From positions 256,001-320,000 of the forward strand of contig JBBRLJ010000001.1 of the NCBI GenBank assembly GCA_038231435.1: a stretch of DNA of 64,000 nucleotides, written 5' to 3'. The notes beneath the pieces are model-generated. The model saw only the letters and a program-made list of their open reading frames with translations. It was not told the DNA's origin and searched no databases. Position 1 is the stretch's first letter. Every line of letters begins with the position of its first letter. The stretch is from Planctomycetota bacterium (GTDB lineage Bacteria > Planctomycetota > UBA11346). Shown here piece after piece: positions 9,401 to 18,328 of the stretch. The translations under genes were made by a program, and so were the position numbers.

Positions 9401-10303
9401 GTGGCCGTATTGAACTTCGATATCAAGACCGTCAGCCTCCCGAGCGGCGAGGAGGCCAAGGCTGTATTCCTAACCGGGTCGATCGACGCCAGCACGAACC
9501 AGACCTTCGAAGGACGTCTCACCGACATCCTCTCGGCCGGCACGCGCAACTGCATGCTGGTGCTGACCAACGTCAAATACATCAACTCAACCGGCCTCGG
9601 CACCATCGTGAAGTGCGTCGACACCTTTCGCGAGAAGGGCGGCGACATCAAGCTGGTCGGCGTCCCCACCAAGGTCATCGCGCTGTTCGAGATGCTCGGC
9701 CTGCTCGCCCTGTTCGAGACCCACGACACCATCGAGGCGGCGGTCACCAGCTTCGGCAAGGCGAAGAAGGACAAAGCCAACGCCGCGCCCAGCGTCAAGT
9801 TCCCCCTGCAGTTCAAGCACCCGGTCACCGGCATGGGCCTGAACGTCAGCCAGCCCGGCCGCTTCAAGGACCCGCGCAGCGGCGACTACTTCAGCGTCGA
9901 CCAGAACGGCACGATCGAGTTCTACGAGATGAGCAAGGTGAAGATGGTCGAGGTCAAACTGCCGTGCGATCTCGAGTTCGCCTCGAGCCTGAGCGCGCTC
10001 GCGACCTCGCTCGCCACCCACGTGAAGCTGCCCGCGAACGTCACCTCGTCGATCCAGCGTTCGATCGATGAAGCGTCGTCGCTCTTGCACAAGTACGCCA
10101 CCGGCGCAAACGAGACCTGCAACATCCTGCTCGTCGCCGATACCGAGAAGCTGCAGATCGGCATCGTCAACTACGGCAACGCCCTCAACATCAAGGCCGA
10201 CGACCCCTCGCTGAAGGCCCTCGAGAGCAGCATGGACGAAGTGAAGCACCAGATGCTGCCGACGCGTGGCTTCCTGCTCACTATGACGAAACGGGCGCGA
10301 TAG
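9401..10303 (+). CDS. STAS anti-sigma-factor antagonist fused to a degenerate zinc ribbon and a degenerate RsbW-like (HATPase) domain
   Basis: LTGSIDA...KYINSTGLG...GGDIKLVGV...LFEMLGL is STAS; C-terminal LPCDLEF...IDEA...VNYG...MDEV...LLTMTK is RsbW-like; GTG start after GAGGA. Confidence 0.8.
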   Translation: MAVLNFDIKTVSLPSGEEAKAVFLTGSIDASTNQTFEGRLTDILSAGTRNCMLVLTNVKYINSTGLGTIVKCVDTFREKGGDIKLVGVPTKVIALFEMLGLLALFETHDTIEAAVTSFGKAKKDKANAAPSVKFPLQFKHPVTGMGLNVSQPGRFKDPRSGDYFSVDQNGTIEFYEMSKVKMVEVKLPCDLEFASSLSALATSLATHVKLPANVTSSIQRSIDEASSLLHKYATGANETCNILLVADTEKLQIGIVNYGNALNIKADDPSLKALESSMDEVKHQMLPTRGFLLTMTKRAR

Positions 10304-10345
10304 CGCTCGACCGAGCCGAGCGCCTCGGTGTTGGTGGATGAGGAA

Positions 10346-10371
10346 AACGGCTGGCGCCACCGCCAGCCGTT
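10346..10371. terminator. Perfect 11-bp inverted repeat downstream of the STAS gene (possible terminator hairpin)
   Basis: aacggctggcg-ccac-cgccagccgtt; only a short U tract on the + strand. Confidence 0.4.
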
Positions 10372-10461
10372 CGCCATTCCGGGACGACGTCACCACCCTA
10401 TCCCTCACGTCCCGCATCTCTGAACCAGGACACCACCAGCCACCAGCGCTGAAGACGCCCC

Positions 10462-10941
10462 ATGCTGACGCCGCCCTCCGATGAGCAGTTCATGCGCCTC
10501 GCGCTCGCCGAGGCGGCGGCGGCGGCGCGCGAAGACGAGGTGCCGATCGGCGCGGTGATCGTGCGCCAGGGCAGGGTCATCGGGCGCGGGCGCAACGCCT
10601 GCGAACGCCTGCACGACGCCACCGCGCACGCCGAGATCCTCGCCATCAGCGCCGCCGGCCAGGCCCTGGACTCGTGGCGACTCGAGGGCTGCACGCTCTA
10701 CGCCACGCTCGAGCCGTGCCCGATGTGCATGGGCGCCTGCCTCAACGCTCGCGTCCAACGCGTGGTCTTCGGCGCTCCGGAACCCAAGGCCGGCGCCTGC
10801 GGTTCGATCGTCGACCTGCGCGCGCCGGCCGGCTACAATCACGCGCTGCAGGTCACCGGCGGGGTGCTCGCAGCCGAGAGCGGCCAGGCGATGAAGGACT
10901 TCTTCCGCGCCCTGCGCCTGAGAAAACTTCCCGAAAACTGA
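10462..10941 (+). CDS. tadA: tRNA adenosine(34) deaminase
   Basis: EVPIGAVIV, TAHAEI, TLEPCPMC, EPKAGACGS and FFRALR. Confidence 0.93.
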   Translation: MLTPPSDEQFMRLALAEAAAAAREDEVPIGAVIVRQGRVIGRGRNACERLHDATAHAEILAISAAGQALDSWRLEGCTLYATLEPCPMCMGACLNARVQRVVFGAPEPKAGACGSIVDLRAPAGYNHALQVTGGVLAAESGQAMKDFFRALRLRKLPEN

Positions 10942-10974
10942 ACGTTCACGCACCCGATCCCGGATGCCCCAGCA

Positions 10975-11058
10975 CTCCTCTTCCTGCTTCTGTCTTCGCC
11001 CTCTCTGCTCTCTACTTCCCCTCCCCTCCCTCCCGCTTCCCGCATCTCCCGCTCCTCT
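10975..11058. repeat. Pyrimidine-rich, roughly 7-bp-periodic low-complexity tract upstream of hisD
   Basis: ctcttcctgcttctgtcttcgccctctctgctctctacttcccc...cccgcttcccgcatctcccgctcctct; its reverse complement resembles the 52247-52337 tract. Confidence 0.6.
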
Positions 11059-11073
11059 ATGCTTGGCGCCGCC

Positions 11074-12441
11074 ATGCTCACCGTCCTCACCCCCGACGAT
11101 CCGCGCGTCGCCAGCCTGGTGTCCTCGACGCACCAACGCTTCGAGCGGCTGGTCGCCGAGGCCGAGGCCAAAGCCCGCCCGTATTACCGCGCGGTGCTCG
11201 GTCGCGAGGCCTCGGTCGCCGAGGTCATCGACGAGGTCTTCGCCGCGGTGGAGCGTGAGGGCGACGCCGCGGTGGCGCGCTACGCCGCGATCTTCGACAA
11301 GGCCACGCTGCCGCCGGATCGGCTGCGCATCCCCCACCAGGAGCTCGCCGCCGCCTGGGATCGCTGCGCGCCAGCCCTGCGCGAGGCGATGGGCGTCGCC
11401 ATCGCCCAGGTCACCGCCTACCAGCGCCGCCTGCTGCCGCGCGGCTTCGGCGAGCGGCTCGACGAGCCCCTGGGCGTGCGCTGGACTCCGCTCGCGCGCG
11501 TTGGCGCCTATGTGCCCGGTGGCACCGCAGGCGCGTCGCCGCTGTTCTCGTCGGTGATCATGAACCTGGTCCCGGCCAAGGTCGCGGGCGTGCCGCGCAC
11601 CGTGCTGGCCACTCCGCCACGCGCCGACGGCAGCGTCGCGCACGAGCTGTTGGCGGCGGCGCATGCCGTCGGCGTCGACGAGGTCTGGCGCGTCGGCGGC
11701 ATCCCCGCGATCGCCGCGCTCGCCTGTGGCACCGCCACGCTCGGAGCGGTCGACAAGATCGTCGGCCCGGGAAACATCTACGTGACGCTCGCCAAGCGCC
11801 GTGCCTATGGGCGCGTCGATCTCGACATGCTCGCGGGGCCGAGCGAGGTCCTGGTCATCGCCGATGCGTCGGCCGATCCGGCGTTCGTCGCCGCCGATCT
11901 GCTCAGCCAGGCCGAACACGACGCGCTGGCGATGGCGGTGTGCCTGGCCCTGGATGGCGCCGGGCCGCGCATCGCCGAAGAGGTCGAGCGCCAGCTGGCG
12001 GCGCTTCCCGCGGGCCGCCGCGAGACCGCCGCCGAGAGCATCCGCCGCTTCGGCACCCTGGTCGCCTGCGCGTCGCTCGACCAGGCGGTGGCGCTCTCGA
12101 ATCGCATCGCCCCCGAACACCTCGAGCTGCTGGTGCGCGATCCCGCGCCGCTGGTGCCCAGACTGCTGAACGCCGGCGCGATCTTCGTTGGCCCGTGGAG
12201 CCCAGAGCCGATCGGCGATTACGTCGCCGGTCCCAGCCACACCCTACCCACCGGCGGCACCGCGCGCATGTGGTCGGGCATCGGCGCCGATACCTTCCTG
12301 CGCCGCACCTCGCTGATCAACCTCGGCGAGGCCGAGTTCCGCCGCCTGGCCCCGGCCGGACTTGCGCTCGCGCGCGGCGAGGGCCTGGAAGCGCACGCGC
12401 GCTCGATCGAGATCCGGCTCGCGCGCGGCGTCGTCCGCTGA
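11074..12441 (+). CDS. hisD: Histidinol dehydrogenase
   Basis: GAYVPGG, DKIVGPGNIYV, DMLAGPSEV, LLSQAEHD, APEHLEL and GDYVAGPSHTLPTGG. Confidence 0.95.
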   Translation: MLTVLTPDDPRVASLVSSTHQRFERLVAEAEAKARPYYRAVLGREASVAEVIDEVFAAVEREGDAAVARYAAIFDKATLPPDRLRIPHQELAAAWDRCAPALREAMGVAIAQVTAYQRRLLPRGFGERLDEPLGVRWTPLARVGAYVPGGTAGASPLFSSVIMNLVPAKVAGVPRTVLATPPRADGSVAHELLAAAHAVGVDEVWRVGGIPAIAALACGTATLGAVDKIVGPGNIYVTLAKRRAYGRVDLDMLAGPSEVLVIADASADPAFVAADLLSQAEHDALAMAVCLALDGAGPRIAEEVERQLAALPAGRRETAAESIRRFGTLVACASLDQAVALSNRIAPEHLELLVRDPAPLVPRLLNAGAIFVGPWSPEPIGDYVAGPSHTLPTGGTARMWSGIGADTFLRRTSLINLGEAEFRRLAPAGLALARGEGLEAHARSIEIRLARGVVR

Positions 12442-12478
12442 TGTACAGCTGCTGATGTACAGCTGCTGATGTACAGCT
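12437..12478 (+). repeat. Perfect 14-bp tandem repeat x3 (gctgatgtacagct)
   Basis: Units at 12437-12450, 12451-12464 and 12465-12478; spans the hisD stop up to the next ATG. Confidence 0.95.
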
Positions 12479-12479
12479 G

Positions 12480-12761
12480 ATGTGCGATCTCTGCGACCGC
12501 TACGCCGACTGCATTCCCACGGCGACGCCCGAACAGCTCGACGCGGTGCTTGCGACCGCCACGACCGCGGTCGCCGCCGGGGATCTCGAAGCGATGGATG
12601 GCGACCGCGCCCTCGACGCGCGCATCCCCGGTTCCCCTCTGCCACGCTCGCGACCGATCACCGCGCGCTGGGTGTGCAGCGCCTGCTCGCGCGTCTTCAT
12701 GCTCGAGCTCAACGCCTGCCACGTGGCAGGCGACGGCTGGAGACCGTTGTTCGGCAATTGA
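12480..12761 (+). CDS. Small Cys-rich hypothetical protein (possible zinc binding)
   Basis: 93 aa with N-terminal CxxC, internal CSAC and C-terminal H..G..W.P; co-oriented between hisD and nth. Confidence 0.7.
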   Translation: MCDLCDRYADCIPTATPEQLDAVLATATTAVAAGDLEAMDGDRALDARIPGSPLPRSRPITARWVCSACSRVFMLELNACHVAGDGWRPLFGN

Positions 12762-12818
12762 GTCGGCGACCCTCACCGCCGGCGCTTGCGAAGCGGATCA
12801 GACGCGCAGATTCCAGCC

Positions 12819-13556
12819 ATGGCCAGCTCGAAGCGCCTCGTCACTCCGACCGTCAAGACCACCAAGCCCGCGAGCGCCTCGCCATTCTTCGGCCCCATGA
12901 AGGACGCGGCCGTGCGCTCGGTCTACGACACCTTGGCCAAGCGCATTGTTCCGAAGTCAGACCTGGTGTTCACCAATGCCTTCGAGTTGTTGGTGTCGGT
13001 CGCGCTCTCGGCGCACACCACCGACAGGTCGGTGAACGCGGCAACGGCGCGGCTGTTCCCGGTCGCCAACACCCCGGCGGAGATCCTCGCGCTCGGAGTC
13101 GAGGGCGTCATCCCCTTCATCAAGGCGGTCGGGCTCTACAACAACAAGTCGCGGAATCTGATCGAGCTCTGCCGCATCCTCATCGAGCTCCACGGCGGCC
13201 AGGTCCCGGACGACCGCGACAGCCTCGAGGCGCTGCCAGGCGTCGGGCGCAAGACCGCGAACGTGGTGCTCAACATCGCCTTCGGCCACCCGACCATCGC
13301 CGTGGACACGCACATCCACCGCGTCGCCAACCGCCTCGGCATCGCCAAGACCAAGACCCCTGAGCAGACCGAGCAGGTGCTGCTCGCTCGCACCCCGCCC
13401 AAGCACGCGCTGCACGCCCACCACTACCTGATCCTGCACGGCCGCTACTGCTGCATCGCCAGGCGCCCCGAGTGCTGGCGCTGCCCAGTGCGCAAGCCGT
13501 GCCTGTTCGAGCCGAAGACCCCCACGCCCGCGGGGACGGATCCCGAATCGAGGTGA
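12819..13556 (+). CDS. nth: Endonuclease III
   Basis: HhH motif LPGVGRKTANVVL, IAVDTH and C-terminal C-x6-C-x2-C-x5-C [4Fe-4S] motif. Confidence 0.95.
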   Translation: MASSKRLVTPTVKTTKPASASPFFGPMKDAAVRSVYDTLAKRIVPKSDLVFTNAFELLVSVALSAHTTDRSVNAATARLFPVANTPAEILALGVEGVIPFIKAVGLYNNKSRNLIELCRILIELHGGQVPDDRDSLEALPGVGRKTANVVLNIAFGHPTIAVDTHIHRVANRLGIAKTKTPEQTEQVLLARTPPKHALHAHHYLILHGRYCCIARRPECWRCPVRKPCLFEPKTPTPAGTDPESR

Positions 13557-13561
13557 TGCGA

Positions 13562-13582
13562 CTGAGGTATGAGATGCCTCAG
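13562..13582. terminator. Hairpin between convergent nth and GH36 genes
   Basis: ctgaggtat-gag-atgcctcag (one G-U pair); no U tract. Confidence 0.4.
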
Positions 13583-13597
13583 CGCCGCGCACACGGA

Positions 13598-15565
13598 TCA
13601 GCGCGAGATCGCCCCGGTCACCCAATGGGTCAGGTTCTTCCCGCCCAGCGACAGGTCGGGCGGAGGCGGCTCATCGCGCTTCGATACGAAGTACAGCGCT
13701 CCGCCATGCGCGCCGACCTCCGACACCAGGGCTGACTGCTTGCCGATCGGTTTCGCGCGTCCCGGCTCCCACTGGTAGACGAAGGCCTCGTCGAGGCCGA
13801 TGGCGTCCTTCATGCGGAACTGCTCGGTGACGGTGTCCTCGCCCTGGTTGAGCGCGAGCACGGCCCAGGAATCTGCGCCCTCGAAGTCACGCACCGCGAC
13901 CTTGAGCTTGCGCGGCTTGTTCCAGAACGGCAGCGTCGCGGTCCAGCGCTTGTCGTTCGGCTCGATGAAGCGCCAGAGCTTGAGCCGGGCGGGCGGGATC
14001 TCGTGGAAGGCATCCGAGGAATTGATGCTGGTGCCGAGGATGCCGTGGAAATACGCCAGCGCCTTGATCTCGCCATCGGAGAGCTTGATGTACTGGTCGC
14101 GCAGGAACACCACGTCCGGATCGTTCTGCCACCAGACGTTATTGAAATACTGGTCGGCCCAGCACTCGTCGATCATGTTGCCTGTCGAGCCCTTCGACCA
14201 TTCGACCACCACGTCGTTGGCGACGCGCATGCCGTCGGCCATGCCGATGAACGGACCGAACGGAGCGATGCAGCCGAGCCAATAGGTGTCCTCGCCCATC
14301 TCCTCGCGGATCATGGCCAGGGCCTCGCGGAAATACTCGACCGAAGTCTTGCCGGGAGCGTGGCGCTTGACCGTGAGCGAATCCTTGAATCCCCAATCCA
14401 TGAAGTCGGTCTTGATGAATCGGCAGCCCCAGGTGCGGAGGGACTTGAACACCGATCGCAGATAGGCGAACGCCTCCGGATGGCTGGTGTCGATCGCGTA
14501 GGTCTCCTCGTCGTTGTGCGAGGCGATCGCCGAGCCGCCGTAGTTGTTCCACTCGATGACCGGTTTGCCGTCGACACCGCGGATCACCCAGTCCGGATGT
14601 TGGCGATACAGGTTCGAGCGGCTGCCGATCATGAATGGCGCGATCCACACGCCGGGCTTGTAGGCCTGGGCCCGGATCGCCTTGAAAGCCGACTCGAGGC
14701 CGCCTGGCCACTGCGGCGTCGGATCCAGCCAATCCCCTGGCGAGGCGCAATACCCGTCGTCGATCTGGATGGTCTGCAGCGGCATCGCCGGCTTGATGGT
14801 GGCGAGCCCGCGCAGCATCTCGTCGAGATCCTGGCGACTGAAATGGCAGGCGCGCCGGTACCACGAGCACCAGTGGAAGCTGGGGGGAGCGGAGGTGCGC
14901 GCCTTCATCACGCGACCGGTCTTGATCGCCAAACGGCGGAAGGCATCCCACGGGCGCGACGACGCGATGAAGTGGATGTCGGGCAGGGCCAGTTCGCCGC
15001 CGAGCGCGACGCGCTCGGTCGAGAAACCGCACTCGAGCTGGATCTCGGCGCGATCGATGTGGCGATCGACGAGCCCGCGCCGGTGCACGCGGTTGAGCGC
15101 CACCGCCTTGAACAGGAAGCGCGCATGATCATAGGCACCGATCGCCAGGGTCGCGTCGCTGGCATCGACCAGGCCGGCACTGAAGTAGCTCTCCAACGTC
15201 CACGGATCCTTCTTGGCATCGAGCGGGAAGAACCCGCTCGGACCGCCGAAGCCCAGGCCCTGCTTGAAGAACTGCGCCGCGCCCTCGACCCGGCCGCCAG
15301 AGAGCGGCAGCACCCAATGCGGAGCCTTGGCCATGCCGCGCAGCGTCGCCTTGAGCACCAGAGAGTCCTCGTCCTTGGCGAAGGCGAGCACCAGCGAGCC
15401 GGCTGGGAGGCGGTACTCGACCGTCGGAGCGCCCTTGGAACGGTCCACGACGATCGCCTGCGGGTGCAGGGCCGCGCCATCGATGGCGGGATAGCAGCCG
15501 ACGAGACGTAGGCCCTCGACGGCGACGTCGAATGAGCCGTCCTCATGCACGGTCCAGCTGCCCAT
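13598..15565 (-). CDS. Glycoside hydrolase, clan GH-D (alpha-galactosidase, GH36-like)
   Basis: WCSWY, IQIDDGY, KPGVWIAPF, FIKTDF, RVAND and NDPD motifs; GAGGAGG RBS before ATG 15565. Confidence 0.85.
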   Translation of the reverse strand: MGSWTVHEDGSFDVAVEGLRLVGCYPAIDGAALHPQAIVVDRSKGAPTVEYRLPAGSLVLAFAKDEDSLVLKATLRGMAKAPHWVLPLSGGRVEGAAQFFKQGLGFGGPSGFFPLDAKKDPWTLESYFSAGLVDASDATLAIGAYDHARFLFKAVALNRVHRRGLVDRHIDRAEIQLECGFSTERVALGGELALPDIHFIASSRPWDAFRRLAIKTGRVMKARTSAPPSFHWCSWYRRACHFSRQDLDEMLRGLATIKPAMPLQTIQIDDGYCASPGDWLDPTPQWPGGLESAFKAIRAQAYKPGVWIAPFMIGSRSNLYRQHPDWVIRGVDGKPVIEWNNYGGSAIASHNDEETYAIDTSHPEAFAYLRSVFKSLRTWGCRFIKTDFMDWGFKDSLTVKRHAPGKTSVEYFREALAMIREEMGEDTYWLGCIAPFGPFIGMADGMRVANDVVVEWSKGSTGNMIDECWADQYFNNVWWQNDPDVVFLRDQYIKLSDGEIKALAYFHGILGTSINSSDAFHEIPPARLKLWRFIEPNDKRWTATLPFWNKPRKLKVAVRDFEGADSWAVLALNQGEDTVTEQFRMKDAIGLDEAFVYQWEPGRAKPIGKQSALVSEVGAHGGALYFVSKRDEPPPPDLSLGGKNLTHWVTGAISR

Positions 15566-15743
15566 GAGCCCTCCTCGATAGAGGGAATATGACCCCGAGA
15601 CCACGCTTTGGCAATCCCGGCCGCGATTCCAGCCACCAACTCGCCTCGAGGGTGAGGCCGGCAGCGCTGGATTTCGCTCCGCGGCATACCAAGCGGCGGC
15701 CAGGGCGGCGTTGTCGACCACCGCGGATGGATACGCTTGTGGC

Positions 15744-16658
15744 ATGTCCACCGCTCCAGCTCCCGCCACGGACCACGCCGCCGCGGCGCGCTTCCACGAG
15801 TAAACCGCCGCCGCCGATCCGAAACTGCCCGCGATCCCGTATACCGTGCTGGGCGCTGATCAGCATCGCGATGGCCCCACCCGCGTCATTCCGTGGGACC
15901 TGTCCAAGCATCTCGAATGCGCCTGGCCCGCGACCAGCCCGAACCTGCTGGCCGGATTCCTGCGCATCCGCGCGGGCGAGCATCTCGAAACGCGCTTCGT
16001 CGCCACCTCGCAGCTATTCTACGTCATCGCGGGCTCGGGCCTGACGCGCATCGGCGCCGACCCGATCGCGTGGTCGGCTGGAGACATCGTGGTGCTGCCG
16101 CGAGCCGAAGCGCTCCTCCATGAAGCCAGCAGCGATGCCGCGCTCTACTGGGTCACCGACGAGCCCCTGCTCGCGTACCTCGGCGCGGCGCCGACCCGCG
16201 CGCGCTTTCAACCGACCATCTACCGTCGCGAACGTCTGATGCAGGAACTCGCGCGCGTGCGCGCCGAGCCCGGCGCCGAGCGCCGCAACCGCATGGGCAT
16301 CATCATGGGCAACGCGCACACCGCGCAGACCATGACCATCACCCACATCCTGTGGTCGCTCCTGAACGTGCTGCCCGCGCGCGCGGTGCAGAAACCGCAC
16401 CGCCACAACTCGGTCGCCCTCGACCTGTGCATCAGCGCGGCGCCAGGTACCTACACCCTGATCGCCAGGACCATGGATGGCGATCGCCTCGTCGATCCCA
16501 TCCGCGCCGACTGGTCAGCCGGCTCGGCCTTCGTCACGCCACCGGGATGGTGGCACTCGCACCACAACGAATCCGGCGAGGACGCCTTCGTGCTGCCCAT
16601 CCAGGACGCCGGTCTCCACACCTGGATGCGCACCCTCGACATCCAGTTCGCGAGGTGA
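15744..16658 (+). pseudogene. Bicupin protein interrupted by an in-frame TAA at codon 20 (15801-15803); downstream part intact from GTG 15846
   Basis: ATG 15744 reads MSTAPAPATDHAAAARFHE*TAAADPKLPAIPY in frame with the 270-aa ORF carrying QKPHRHNSVALD and TPPGWWHSHHN cupin motifs. Confidence 0.65.
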
Positions 16659-16702
16659 GCCGTCGGAGCAGGCTCAGATAGCGGGACGGTCGCCGACCGC
16701 CG

Positions 16703-16794
16703 AGCCCTGAGGGGCGAGAAACACGTCGAGGCCACCCGGCGGACCCGTCGCAGGGCGACATAGGTCGTAGGGCCACCTGGAGCGAAGCCCCCGT
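16703..16794 (+). repeat. Possible degenerate copy of intergenic element family B
   Basis: ...ggtcgtagggcc...gagcgaagccccc resembles the 25741-25778 and 40299-40337 ends; weak similarity. Confidence 0.35.
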
Positions 16795-16844
16795 GTAATA
16801 CGGCTGGAATTCGTTTTCTGGCGGACTACAACGACCAACCGTTC

Positions 16845-16920
16845 GGGGATATAGCTCAGTTGGTAGAGCGGTTCGTTCGCAATGAACAGGTCAGGAGTTC
16901 GAATCTCCTTATCTCCACCA
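16845..16920 (+). tRNA. tRNA-Ala(CGC)
   Basis: Cloverleaf with GGGGATA/TATCTCC acceptor stem and G3:U70, anticodon loop TT-CGC-AA, GTTCGAATC T arm and encoded CCA; 76 nt. Confidence 0.96.
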
Positions 16921-16923
16921 CGT

Positions 16924-16956
16924 AGGAGGTCGATCGCGAGATCGGCCTCCTTTTTT
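16924..16956 (+). terminator. Rho-independent terminator after tRNA-Ala
   Basis: aggaggtcgatc-gcga-gatcggcctcct followed by a T run. Confidence 0.9.
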
Positions 16957-17098
16957 GTGGTACCCGAAGGGCGCTAGACCGTCTCCGCGAGACGAGGCCG
17001 CCGCGCTCCTCGTCCCACACCCGCAGGGCTTCGCGCGCGGCGATCGATCACTTGCGCATCGCCCGGATCCGCCCACATTCCCCGCCCTGCGAGGAATC

Positions 17099-17554
17099 AT
17101 GCCCGTCCAACGTACCCTGGTCCTGCTCAAGCCCGACGCCGTCCAACGCGGCCTGATCGGCGACATCCTCCAGCGCTTCGAACGTAAGGGCCTGCGCGTG
17201 GTCGGCATGCGCTTCATGAAGGCCACCCAGGAGCACGCGGCCAAGCACTATGCCGAGCACAAGGAGCGCCCCTTCTTCCCATCGCTCCTGCAGTTCATCA
17301 CCAGCAGCCCGCTGGTCGCGCTGTCGCTCGAGGGCGATGACGCCATCGCCGTGGTCCGCGGCCTGATCGGCCCGACCGACGGACGCAAGGCGCCTCCTGG
17401 CACCATCCGCGGCGATTTCGCCATTTCGAAGTCGAACAACCTGGTGCACGGCAGCGACAGCCCCGAGAGCGCCGAGCGCGAACTGGCCATCTGGTTCGCC
17501 GACGGTCTGGTGTCGTGGAAGCGCTGCGATACCGTATGGGCCGAGACCGAATGA
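17099..17554 (+). CDS. ndk: Nucleoside diphosphate kinase
   Basis: RTLVLLKPDAVQRGLIG, PGTIRGDF and NLVHGSDS; GAGGA RBS. Confidence 0.97.
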   Translation: MPVQRTLVLLKPDAVQRGLIGDILQRFERKGLRVVGMRFMKATQEHAAKHYAEHKERPFFPSLLQFITSSPLVALSLEGDDAIAVVRGLIGPTDGRKAPPGTIRGDFAISKSNNLVHGSDSPESAERELAIWFADGLVSWKRCDTVWAETE

Positions 17555-17589
17555 CCCGCGAGGGTCAGGTCACGCGCGACGATCCACGC

Positions 17590-17663
17590 TACCCCGTGGT
17601 GTAACGGTAACACTAGAGATTTTGGCTCTCTCATTCATGGTTCGAATCCATGCGGGGTAACCA
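17590..17663 (+). tRNA. tRNA-Gln(TTG)
   Basis: TACCCCG/CGGGGTA acceptor stem (U1-A72), AGAGA-TT-TTG-GC-TCTCT anticodon arm, GGTTCGAATCC T arm and encoded CCA. Confidence 0.95.
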
Positions 17664-17803
17664 TCGCTGTCGTTCCGAGCGGTCTTCCTCTACTGAGACG
17701 GGGCGGAGCCGCGCATCCCGTGCCGATCAGGGATTCGTGCTCGGTGTCCTGATCAGTGGCGATCACTGGCATGGAGCCAGGGGCGGTGGACACTGTCCGC
17801 TGC

Positions 17804-18268
17804 GTGAAGATCGTCATCCGCTCCGTGAAGGCCATCGACAAGGAATGGCTCGAGACCCTGGCCAACAGCCAGGCTGGGCACGAAATTCTGACCATGGGCA
17901 ACCATCGCCCGAGCGAATCGCCGGGATTCATCGCGCAGATCGGCGATGATCGGGTCGGGCTCATCTCCTACGCCGTCTCGGTGGGCAGCTACGAGATCAT
18001 CATGATCAGCAGCTCGCGCCATGGACTGGGCATCGGCAGGGCGCTGGTGAATTCGGTGATCATGGAGGCGAAGGACACCAAGCGCACGCGGGTCACGACC
18101 ACCGCCAAGCTGTCCGACGCCTCGACCCTGACCTTCTTCAAGGGCTGCGGCTTCACGCTCTCGTCGGTCATGCCCGGGGGCAATACCGCGCGCATGGCGA
18201 AGACCTCGAGCGCGGTGCATGCCGCCTCAGCCGCCGCCGACGAGATCGAACTCGAGTTCAGGCTCTAG
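17804..18268 (+). CDS. GNAT family N-acetyltransferase
   Basis: RHGLGIGRALV acetyl-CoA motif and FFKGCGF; start uncertain (17756, 17771 or 17804). Confidence 0.75.
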   Translation: MKIVIRSVKAIDKEWLETLANSQAGHEILTMGNHRPSESPGFIAQIGDDRVGLISYAVSVGSYEIIMISSSRHGLGIGRALVNSVIMEAKDTKRTRVTTTAKLSDASTLTFFKGCGFTLSSVMPGGNTARMAKTSSAVHAASAAADEIELEFRL

Positions 18269-18290
18269 CAGGCTGCTCAAAGCAGCCTGC
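18268..18290. terminator. Perfect 10-bp inverted repeat between convergent GNAT and dusB genes
   Basis: gcaggctgct-caa-agcagcctgc starting at the GNAT stop codon. Confidence 0.55.
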
Positions 18291-18328
18291 GCGGGTCGAG
18301 CACCCTGCGGACATTGAAGCGGGCCGGT

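Noticed and set aside
12437..12478. Tandem repeat considered as a CRISPR array
   Set aside because: 14-bp units with no spacers and no cas genes
15801..15803. Stop-codon reassignment (TAA read as an amino acid)
   Set aside because: TAA terminates other genes at expected C termini (578-580, 6234-6236); single instance only
16845..17663. tRNA genes as integration sites for an island or prophage
   Set aside because: No integrase and no duplicated tRNA 3' end; neighbours are housekeeping-type genes
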